A stretch of 64,000 bases of DNA from Balanoglossus misakiensis (lineage: Eukaryota > Animalia > Hemichordata). Position 1 is the first letter of the stretch. Every line of letters begins with the position of its first letter. The DNA lies in assembly GCA_040954595.2 (NCBI GenBank), contig CM082591.2, positions 2,751,258 to 2,815,257 of the forward strand. The letters run 5' to 3'. Shown in pieces: positions 30,655 to 41,700 of the stretch. The notes under the pieces are model-generated. The model saw only the letters and a program-made list of their open reading frames with translations. It was not told the DNA's origin and ran no database searches. The position numbers were made by a program, and so were the translations under genes.

Positions 30655-31665
30655 TGTGTGTAACAGAAAGACCATGTGAATGCAAAATATGTGGTGGTAT
30701 TATATTTGAGTAGAGGTGGATGTTATCTTCACAGTAATAGTTTTATTTTTTTTTATCTTAAAAGTGCGTTTATAACAGAAAGACCATATGCATGCAGTGA
30801 GTGTGGGGTCATAATATTTAAAGTTCAGAGACAATTATTTTATTCTAAAACAAAGTGTGTTTGCATCAGTAAAACCATGTGAATGCAAAATATGTGGTGA
30901 TATTAAATTTGAGATTAATTTTTTTTTATCTTAAAAGTGTGTTTGTAACAGAAAGACCATATGCATGCAGTGAGTGTGGGGTCATAATATTAAAAGTGCA
31001 GAGACAATTATTTTATTCTAAAACAAAGTGTGTTTGCATCAGAAAAGCCATGTGAATGTAAAATATGTGGTGGTATAAATTTGAGATTAATATTTTTTTA
31101 TTTTAAAAGTGTGTTTGTGACAGAAAGACCATATGCATGCAGTGAGTGTGGGGTCAGTATATTTAAAGTGCAGATACAATTATTTTATTCTAAAACAAAG
31201 TGTGTTTGCATCAGAAAAGCCATGTGAATGTAAAATATGTGGTGGTATAAATTTGAGATTAATATTTTTTTATTTTAAAAGTGTGTTTGTGACAGAAAGA
31301 CCATATGCATGCAGTGAGTGTGGGGTCATAATATTTTAAGTGCAGAGACCATAGACAATTGTGTTTTTGAGAAACAAAGTGTGTTTGCATCAGAAAAGCC
31401 GAGTGAATGCAAAATATGTGGTGATATAAATTTGAGATTATTTTTTTTAATCTGAAAAGTGTGTTTGTAACAGAAAGACCATTTGCATGCAGTGAGTGTG
31501 GGGTCATAATATTTTAAGTGCTGAGACCAAAGACAATTGTGTTTTTGAGAAACAAAGTGTGTTTGCATCAGAAAAGCCGAGTGAATGCAAAATATGTGGT
31601 GATATTAAGTTTAAGATTCATTTTTTTTATCTTAAAAGTGTGTTTGTGACAGAAAAACCATTAAT
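30655..31665 (+). repeat. 172-179-bp tandem satellite (~5.5 units, each a dimer of ~86-bp subunits) with C2H2 zinc-finger-like remnants
   Basis: acagaaa(g/a)acca recurs at 30775, 30948, 31120, 31292, 31470, 31649; subunits translate as TERPYACSECG and SEKPCECKICG. Confidence 0.9.
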
Positions 31666-32302
31666 ATTTGAAGATTGCTTCTAACATCTCTGTCTTGACT
31701 TGTGTTAATTAAATGCTCAAGATGTGTTTGTCACAGTTAGACCTGGATGTAAAGAGTGTTGATATTTAAATTCTTTGGTTGGATCATTTTTTTTATTTAA
31801 ATATGTAGTAATAACTTTTCATGGGTGTGTTTGTAATAGAAAGACCACTGATATATGAAGATTGCTTCTAGCATCTCTGTCTTGACTTGTGTTTTTCAGG
31901 CTGGTATAATTTAAATAACAACAATTAAATGCTTAAGGTGTGTTTGTCACTGTAAGACCTGGATGTAAAGAGTGCTGAAATTTAAATTCTTTGGTTGGAT
32001 AATATTTTTTATTGAAATATGTAGTAATAACTTTTCATGGGTGTGTTTGTAATAGAAAGACCACTGATATATGAAGATTGCTTCTAGCATCTCTGTCTTG
32101 ACTTGTGTTTTTCAGGCTGGTATAATTTAAATAACAACAATTAAATGCTTAAGGTGTGTTTGTCACTGTAAGACCTGGATGTAAAGAGTGCTGAAATTTA
32201 AATTCTTTGGTTGGATAATATTTTTTATTGAAATATGGAGTAATAATTTTTCTTGGGTGTGTTTGTTATAGAAAGACCATTGATATATGAAGATTGCTTC
32301 TA
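31651..32302 (+). repeat. 216-bp tandem repeat (~3 copies), related to the adjacent satellite
   Basis: gaaagacca(c/t)tgatatatgaagattgcttctagca at 31839, 32055, 32271; shares the gtgtgtttgt..agaaagacca core with the 172-bp satellite. Confidence 0.88.
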
Positions 32303-32445
32303 GCAGCTCTAATGTTAACGTTGTTGGAATTGTCCATAAATATGTAAATTAGGTGTTTCCCAGTCTGCACTTCCATAACACAAGCCAGATGGTGGACTTG
32401 TGGGGCTCCCCACTTGTCTAGACAGATTCTCTAACCAAGTCTGAA

Positions 32446-32529
32446 CCCTTTCACTCCCAAATCTCTTTGTAGAGGTCCAACTTTACTATAGAAACAATGG
32501 AGATGGACCGAACCATTGTGGTGAAAGGG
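32446..32529. mobile_element. piggyBac-like MITE, copy 2 (inverted relative to the other two)
   Basis: ccctttcac...gtgaaaggg TIR, flanks tgaa/ttaa; interior matches the reverse complement of 62799-62883. Confidence 0.7.
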
Positions 32530-33158
32530 TTAACTCACCAAGTGTTGCCTTCTGGGGATTGAGGCCAGCCTCATGAGTGTTGTCTTCACCCATGGGTCAA
32601 AGAACCCACCTGCTCTTGATGAATCCTAACAGCCACTCTCCTTGGGATGTTGAATTATTTTTTTATTTCTCTAAGCCAACACATCTATAAATGGAATGTC
32701 ATGCATTGAATAAAATACAGTAAAGTGAACAAATAAAAATACACATCACTGAAAAGTATTGCTGGAGATTGATATGCAGTATTTGGATGAATGGTTGTGT
32801 GCTTTGGGAATGTCATATTTGCTTATAATATTATTCCTATGAATTGAGTCTTTGGTGTTAAGGTCAGACAGATAGCTTATTGGTTTTGGTTGGTACATTA
32901 AGAGGTGAAGATTTTGAGGTGTTGGTTGTACACATAGGTACTTTGATCAATATTCGAACTATCAATGATTTGTTCTTGAGCACTATTACACCTTCCAAAT
33001 CTGATGTTGAAATTATTTCTATATGGAACATCAATCTGCCTTATAGTAAATGCATGTATATCCTGAAGACATCTTTCTAGCTACCATATATTATTCCTGT
33101 GTGTTCTGGTTGGCTGATTGGGACACACTTTACCCATCCAATTTGACTGCTCTTGTAA

Positions 33159-35124
33159 TCAAGCATTCAAACATGATGTACATTCTTCGGGGCAGTCTGG
33201 AAAGAAAGAGGACATTAAAGGGACATTAGCTTGAACTTTTGGCTTTATTGAAGTTTTGGTGTTTGTTAAGAATTCCCCAATCTACTGTATCCTGTGTACA
33301 TGTGGTAGTCTCCTCTGAGTACCATGCAATTTTAAGCAAGTAAAATAAACAAAGGTCTTACCGGTGACTGGGAACTGGCAGATGAATCCTCGACTAGCGG
33401 CACAATCTCGTGTATGCCACCTAAAATTTGTTCTACACAAGAAAAATCATGAAGGGAATTATTTAAGTAAATATGTCCCAGTGCTCTTGCTGGAGAAGGT
33501 ATGATCTAATGGCAACACTGTAGTGTCCTTGATGCTATATTCTATGGTTGTCAAACTTGAATGTGCCTATTATGATCAAATGGTACCACAATGTCCTTGA
33601 CGCTATTTTTCTATGGTGGTCAAACTTGAATGCTCCATTTATGATCATATGGAAACACAGGTGTTATTTTTCTATGATGGTTACAGTTCACTTGGCCATT
33701 TGTAAGAAAAACATATATATAGATGTGGCTTACTTGAGCTCTACACAGTCCTCTATGTTGTCTCCTGTTGCCGGCTCATCAACAGCCCAACGATCAAAAC
33801 ACCCCTCCCTCCACATGGTTCCATCCTCCCACACAAACTCATCGTCATTGGCAATGTCGCTCAGTCCAATCCAGAAACCTGTGCTCAGTGGTGCGTTCTC
33901 TGTCAGCACCCCATCGAGAGCTAGTTGCGTTTCTTTATCACCAATGACAGCCAATATCCCACCACCTGTTTCGCATGATGCTTTTGCTTCGGCCCATGTC
34001 TTCAGTACAGTGGAGAATGTGAATTCTGAGCATGCGCATAAGGTTCCTGTGAAATTAAATTGCAGGCAATTAAGCTCATGAAATACTGCTATTGTTGACA
34101 CAGTTTGTAATAGGAATCCAAATCTCTTTGGATTGATCAAAAATAAAATGAAAGACAATTTTTGTTGTTTTTTCATACATGCAAAAAAACAGGAAGAGTT
34201 GCATGTAATACAAAAAGGAGACATTGTCATGTTCTACTGAAATATTTCAATTGAAAAACCCACCCACGTGTGAAAATGTATATGTCAATCAATGGTGGAA
34301 ATTAAGTATTGTATCAGGCGGTATTTTGTGATTGAAGACAGAACATATGCTTGCAAATTGCTAGACTCAAATGAAAGATTGAGGTGATTGCTTTCAACAC
34401 ATTTGATGGTGTTGATGAATATACCAGGCTTAAAAAGCAGGCACTGAATAGGTGTTGTATCACGCTTGTCGAGACTGATTTGCCAACATTTGGACAAAGG
34501 GTTGTGCTGGCTTGTGAAGGCATCATGTCACAAATTCTGAATAGTTACAAATTACTCAATGACGCAATATTCTCACCAGAACATAGTGAATAATTACAGG
34601 ATTGCAGATAAAATTGTTTGATTCGTACCTGCTGTTATATCATCTTCTTCACTACTAGAACTGGAGTCACTCATCTGACTACTAGAACCTTTGCTACCAC
34701 TACTTTCTACGCTTTCACTGCTTTCGCTGCTACTAGAGCTGGAAGTAGAATTTCTGTCGCTTCCTTTATTTTTCATTCCACGATTGCCCTCCCGACTACC
34801 AGCCTTGCGTTGCTGAAATAAAATTGAACAGTGCGAAACATTATTAGCTTAAAGGGACAACATCTCTATCTCTCGCTGCCCTTTTTCCATTAATTATATT
34901 TGATGCAAGACGGTGTTTGTTATTCTAAATGTGGATATATGGTGAATCAGTGTTTGACCACACACAACTTCCATCCCACTTGTAGATATGAGAGTGAAAA
35001 ACTCAACTGAATTAATAACTAGATTTAAGAACCTGTGAATACTTACAAAGCGCACAGAAACTCCTTCGTACATATCAATCAGCAGTACACAAACAGCAAG
35101 GAAGCACAGGATTTTGGCCATCAT
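33159..35124 (-). CDS. Secreted Ser-rich C-type lectin domain protein (cluster gene C, short form, ~227 aa)
   Basis: Exons 35124-35047 (signal peptide), 34812-34629 (Ser-rich), 34046-33734, 33432-33362, 33196-33159. CTLD motifs TWAEAKASC, FWIGLSD, FVWEDG, EDCVEL, WHTRDC, FICQ; tail DCPEECTSCLNA*. Upstream UTR donor near 35425 and TATA near 35505. Confidence 0.88.
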
Positions 35125-36560
35125 TTTGAAAATCTTTCCTGATGGATACAACCAAAAGGTATTTTAGCATATACGGTAGGCCTCCACATGATATTCTAGC
35201 TAATAAGCGTTATATACTAGTATTCATTAAGATTATTTACTGAAACTGTGATCATCTTAGAACAAGACGTACATTCTATGTACATAGTTGCATACATACA
35301 TACCTGACATAGTTGCCATGCATGCATTCATGCATACACACACACACACAAATACACAAATATCAAAAACAATATATACTAGTAATGAAATCTTAAGTTT
35401 GTACGATTGTACTGCATCAGGCTTACCTTAGGATGAAATCCAAGTGTGTGAAGTCAGTTGGAGCGAATTGCTTCTGGTGATGACGTACGTGTTTTATACT
35501 CCAATATATAAGGTCAGAAACAGTTAGTAATGACGTGTACATAACGTTTTTTGTATTTTTAACTGAATTTTGATAAACTTGAAAGGGAAGATATGAGGCA
35601 AACCAGATTCCTTTGTACTCCATGGTTCTTCCACCATATGGTTGCGATTTAACCGTGTGGTTCTGTAATCACGCTTAATTGGTTAAATTTTCTTGCATTG
35701 TCGTTGGGTAAAATATACACAATCTATTTGGTGGTTCCGTTCGTTGCAAGTGAAAAACTAAATAGATGGCTCGATTGTGGAAATAATTGGAACATAAGTT
35801 GCTAACAATGTCGTCCATGCAACAGTGGTGGCGCTGTTGAACTAATTTTAAAATGTTCGAATTAAATATTCTTGCTGTGATTGCGTACCAACCGCAAAGT
35901 ATATAACAGTAAACATATGTGATGATGTCAGCGTTTTTTTCCTCTATTTCAGTGATGGATTATTTTGATATGGTCTGAATCGGTGGAAGTTTAAAGTTTC
36001 GGGATCATTTCTAGTCTGATTAAAAGTGAATTACTGTATTGAAAGATTCTGCAATGCATTTGTGTGGGTAAAAATCAATTATTTCCAGGTGATGACTTTC
36101 CACACAAGTTTTTTAATCATTGTTCTCAGTCACTCTCTGTTTCCTTTCTGGTCTCATTGCCAGTAGAGCAGAGTAGTACAGTGCAACTCTGCGAGGATTG
36201 TGTGAGAAACTATTTGTACCCATCATTCCAGTTGTTCAAGTGAGACAGTCTATTGATGCCATACGATTTGAAGTAATGTGTATGATGTAATCATACGATC
36301 CAATAAAGCTACGCTTTTATGCAAAGAAAATTCAAACAGCCATTGTTGGAAATCTTTATCTTTTACTCCACTTGGCCGTGCTGAGCGATATGTTAATAGC
36401 CAAAACAGGTGCTGGTTTCAAATGCGTCAGAACGGAAATGTCATATGGCAGTCTGAACAAGATGTTGATATTCTGCAGCAGGTCCCTTTATTTGAAGTCA
36501 TGTGCACAACAACTGGTACAGAGGTAGAGCCAAACAAAATGAAGAATCACTATGTTTCTA

Positions 36561-37414
36561 CACGGTTACTAGAAGAAGACGGTTAGGAAACTCTATTGTT
36601 CGGAAGGTGTGAACGAGGTGTTAGCTAGGAGAGTACATGTCCGAACCGCTATGTGGGGTTGTATTGGGGAACGTGTTAATTTTTGAACCCCTTCATCTGC
36701 CCTTTTTCGTCAGAGTACAGCGCCACTTTTTTTTTGTACGAGTTCCACATAGGCTTATGGAGTGCACGGTCATAGTCTGTTGGGCTTGCGACACTCTACC
36801 ATTGTTTCTTGGGTGGTTAACTAAAAGTCCAGACTCAAATAGCGTCGAATTTTGAACCCCTAGAATTCAACCCTGATGGTCGCATTTCTGTTTTTTTTAA
36901 ATATATTTAGATATTTTACACCTTTTTGTATTGCATGGGCTATTTCGTTTATTCCAATTGGAATATTTCGATGAGATTGCATAACCATTTCGATACAGTC
37001 GTTAACATTATCGATATAGCCTTTGGTGGCCATCTTGTTTGTTTTGGTTCGCATCGAATCTCTAGGGCACAGTCAAGACAAAGAATGTATGGCTTCATCA
37101 TGTCCTTGAAAGTTCAAAATTGTCATAAATGTGCTGTGACTTTATAAATTATCCACTCTCTGTTCTGTTTTCCTCAAATCTGGTGGTATACGTACTGTGC
37201 GTGCAAGCAATTCCGTAAACATGAGTATGGTTTGCTTTGGATTGTAGGGGTAATGACGTCATTTTGACCAAGCGGTCAGTTATTCTGTCTGTTTATTCGT
37301 ATGGCCAGGCTCGTTAGCACCTGATATCTTTCGTTTACACTAAGTGTTTACCGAGGCGAGCATCTAACAATGGAGAAAAAATAGTTTCCTAACCGTCTTC
37401 TTCTAGTAACCGTG
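36561..37414. mobile_element. Non-autonomous DNA transposon (854 bp), P-element-like
   Basis: Perfect 32-bp TIR (cacggttactagaagaagacggttaggaaact, 36561-36592; reverse complement 37383-37414), 7-bp TSD gtttcta (36554-36560 and 37415-37421), CA...TG termini, no transposase ORF. Confidence 0.88.
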
Positions 37415-38139
37415 GTTTCTATAGGCGACTGTAATATACATACCAGGAGATGGTAGCAGGTATTACACATTCTACACGTTTTGGCTTTAGGTCCTCAATT
37501 CACACTTGAAAATGTATATAGATTTCACCTTTTCAACATTATTTTTCACGCAATTCTCAGTGACCTGATTGCACATACAATCACAATGGCGTCACCTGTT
37601 TGTTGTTTGTAAAGAGGCAGGTCCAATATATATGGTCATTAGGTGGTAATAAGTAAATGCTGTGCGGGTCACTCCTGCTCAACGCCCATATAGTGACTGC
37701 CTGTATTCTAATTGCTGTTCACAGCATTTGACGCATGTTTGTCTTCAGAATGGTTTGGATGAAAAATGAATCATTGGTCTAGCTCTCGTGAATAACCATA
37801 ATTACTGCCTTGTCTGTGGCCATATGCCAACCAGCAGGATTGGGCTAGGCTTTGCATGCAGCTGCGAAAACGCCCTCCTGTGTCTTACAACATACAACTT
37901 CCATCCCGCTGATAGATATGAGAGTAAACAACTGAATTATCGTTCTGTACTGTATTGAGCGTTAAGTATTCTAAACTCATATTATTAAACTAGTTAACAC
38001 ACAAATATTGTGTACGCCTAATTCATCATGCATACCAAGACAACTAACGAAAATCAGACTTAAAAACTACCAGGTTGATGCCCCTTGTAACTGCTGCTTG
38101 TTTACTGTGTGCGTGACAGAAACAACGAATGCGAGTCAG

Positions 38140-38390
38140 TAAATTAAAAACAAATCACTATTTGTTGTGTAGACCGTAAGGGTTTCGTCAATGAAATATG
38201 GCAAAAGCAATAATAATTACTGCCAAAATAGCAAATTTGTTTGGCAAATCGTGCAATTTTATTGGGATACGTGTACGAATAGAGTAATGACACGACACCA
38301 CTTTGAGAAATAAATCAAGCCATCTTCAGCCGAGATGCCATTGACAGGGAAGGACAGAAAAGATTCACAACATTGGTGGCAGAGGTAAGA
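38140..38390 (+). promoter_or_regulatory. Promoter and non-coding first exon of CTLD gene A, conserved upstream of gene B (~45755-46017)
   Basis: Conserved blocks (atgaaatatggcaaa; gatacgtgtacgaatag.gtaatgacacgacacca; ataaatcaag; cgagatgcca) and ag|gtaaga donors after 38384 and 46012. Confidence 0.65.
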
Positions 38391-38779
38391 AATTGTTTTC
38401 ATTTTTGTTCCATAAAGTTCTCTTTTTACACTCTGATTTATGAAGTTAGAAAGAATTTCAGGTAGTATGTTATGTACATTTTCTGATGGATTGTCTGGCC
38501 TATTGACTAAGCTGAATGCCAGTTGAAAATCACTAGTTTGTATTGATGGAGTAGTTATTGAGAAAGCCATTTTCTCGCTATAACTTACCTCATAGTTATT
38601 TGGAAATAATTCAGAAATAATAGGCAGTTTTAATGCACCAATACATGATAATTGAGTGAATGTGATAATGGGGAGATATAGTGAAGATCAGTGAAAGATT
38701 TGAGAGAGAACACTTGTTCAATATACTTTGTCCCAATCTAATTTATTCCTTTATCTCCTAATCAGACCCAAGAACAACC

Positions 38780-41700
38780 ATGAAGCTTTATGTCTTTATC
38801 GTGATGCTGATATGCATTGCTTGTGTCAGCGCTAATAGCCTGGCAAGAGAGGTAGGCACTTCTTTATGTGTGTGTATACGATTGTTAGTTAAGATCCTGG
38901 CTTGGTTTTACTGTTACATCCCGTTAGTTGAAGATGGCCAAACATGACTGACTTCAAAGTGTTCCAGCTCCTTTGACATGACTGTAATTTGAAAATCTAA
39001 TAGTTTTATGCGGACGATTCAAGTTGAGAGACTTTAAACTGCATACAGGCTACATGTTACTGACACCCGAATGCAGCATTGGTAATAAGTTGCCAGTTCT
39101 AATTAGCAGTTTAAGAATGCATTCACCTTTTCCATCCGAAACACCCCCTAACAATGTCAGAAAAATTTGTCGGAAGCAAAAACACTTCCATGTTTTCTTG
39201 TTTTTGTTTTGTTTGCAGAAAAGAAGCGATGGAAGTGATGACAGCTCCATTGGCAGTTCTTCTAGTAACAGCGCTAATAGCCTGGAAAGAGAGGTAGGCA
39301 CTTCTTTATGTGTGTGTATACGATTGTTAGTTAAGATCCTGGCTTGGTTTTACTGTTACATCCCGTTAGTTGAAGATGGCCAAACATGACTGACTTCAAA
39401 GTGTTCCAGCTCCTTTGACATGACTGTAATTTGAAAATCTAATAGTTTTATGCGGACGATTCAAGTTGAGAGACTTTAAACTGCATACAGGCTACATGTT
39501 ACTGACACCCGAATGCAGCATTGGTAATAAGTTGCCAGTTCTAATTAGCAGTTTAAGAATGCATTCACCTTTTCCATCCGAAACACCCCCTAACAATGTC
39601 AGAAAAATTTGTCGGAAGCAAAAACACTTCCATGTTTTCTTGTTTTTGTTTTGTTTGCAGAAAAGAACATACATTCTGAACGATGATCCCAAGAGTAGCT
39701 CTACCAGCCTGGCAAGAGAGGTAGGCACTTCTTTATGTGTGTGTATACGATTGTTAGTTAAGATCCTGGCTTGGTTTTACTGTTACATCCCGTTAGTTGA
39801 AGATGGCCAAACATGACTGACTTCAAAGTGTTCCAGCTCCTTTGACATGACTGTAATTTGAAAATCTAATAGTTTTATGCAGACGATTCAAGTTGAGAGA
39901 CTTTAAACTGCATACAGGCTACATGTTACTGACACCCGAATGCAGCATTGGTAATAAGTTGCCAGTTCTAATTAGCAGTTTAAGAATGCATTCACCTTTT
40001 CCATCCGAAACACCCCCTAACAATGTCAGAAAAATTTGTCGGAAGCAAAAACACTTCCATGTTTTCTTGTTTTTGTTTTGTTTGCAGAAAAGAACATACA
40101 TTCCGAACGATGATCCCAAGAGTAGCTCTTCCAGTAGCAGCACTGGAAGTGATGACAGCTCCAGTGGCAGTTCTTCTAGTGACAGCAGCTCTGGGAACGG
40201 AGACGGACCGAGTGGCAGCAACTCCGGGAGCGGAGACGGACCGAGTGGCAGCAACTCTGGGAGCGGAGACGGACCGAGTGGCAGCAACTCTGGGAGCGAA
40301 AGCAGCGCAAACAACTGCAGCAGCAGTGGATCAGACAGTCAAAGTGATGACAGCACTGGTAGTAACTCTGGGAGCGGAGACGGACCGAGTGGCAGCAACT
40401 CTGGGAGCGGAGACTCACCGAGTGGCAGCAACTCTGGGAGCGGAGACTCACCGAGTGGCAGCAACTCTGGGAGCGGAGACTCACCGAGTGGCAGCAACTC
40501 TGGGAGCGGAGACTCACCGAGTGGCAGCAACTCTGGGAGCGGAGACTCACCGAGTGGCAGCAACTCTGGGAGCGGAGACGGACCGAGTGGCAGCAACTCT
40601 GGGAGCGGAGACGGACCGAGTGGCAGCAACTCTGGGAGCGGAGACGGACCGAGTGGCAGCAACTCTGGGAGCGAAAGCAGCGCAAACAACTGCAGCAGCA
40701 GTGGATCAGACAGTCAAAGTCATGACAGCACTGGTAGTAACTCTGGGAGCGGAGACGGACCGAGTGGCAGCAACTCTGGGAGTGGAGACGGACCGAGCGG
40801 CAGCAACTCTGGGAGCGGAGACTCACCGAGCGGCAGCAACTCTGGGAGCGGAGACGGACCGAGCGGCAGCAACTCTGGGAGCGGAGACTCACCGAGTGGC
40901 AGCAACTCTGGGAGCGGAGACGGACCGAGTGGCAGCAACTCTGGGAGCGGAGACTCACCGAGTGGCAGCAACTCTGGGAGCGGAGACTCACCGAGTGGCA
41001 GCAACTCTGGGAGCGGAGACTCACCGAGTGGCAGCAACTCTGGGAGCGGAGACTCACCGAGTGGCAGCAACTCTGGGAGCGGAGACTCACCGAGTGGCAG
41101 CAACTCTGGGAGCGAAAGCAGCGCAAACAACTGCAGCAGCAGTGGATCAGACAGTCAAAGTGATGACAGCACTGGTAGTAACTCTGGGAGCGGAGACTCA
41201 CCGAGTGGCAGCAACTCTGGGAGCGGAGACGGACCGAGTGGCAGCAACTCTGGGAGCGGAGACTCACCGAGTGGCAGCAACTCTGGGAGCGGAGACTCAC
41301 CGAGTGGCAGCAACTCTGGGAGCGGAGACTCACCGAGTGGCAGCAACTCTGGGAGCGGAGACTCACCGAGTGGCAGCAACTCTGGGAGCGAAAGCAGCGC
41401 AAACAACTGCAGCAGCAGTGGATCAGACAGTCAAAGTGATGGCAGCACTGGTAGTAACTCTGGGAGCGGAGACGGACCGAGCGGCAGCAACTCTGGGAGC
41501 GGAGACTCACCGAGCGGCAGCAACTCTGGGAGCGGAGACTCACCGAGCGGCAGCAACTCTGGGAGCGGAGACGGACCGAGTGGCAGCAACTCTGGGAGCG
41601 GAGACTCACCGAGTGGCAGCAACTCTGGGAGCGGAGACTCACCGAGTGGCAGCAACTCTGGGAGCGAAAGCAGCGCAAACAACTGCAGCAGCAGTGGATC

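Noticed and set aside
30676-31684. Short ORFs as a functional C2H2 zinc-finger gene
   Set aside because: No His pair, frequent frameshifts and no continuous ORF; treated as a satellite.
33525-33680. ~68-bp imperfect tandem duplication in a gene C intron
   Set aside because: Ordinary degenerate local repeat with no coding or splice consequence seen.
39024-40087. Three repeated ORFs beginning MRDFKLHTGY as a small gene family
   Set aside because: They start at TTG codons inside the triplicated intron and merely read through the short true exons.
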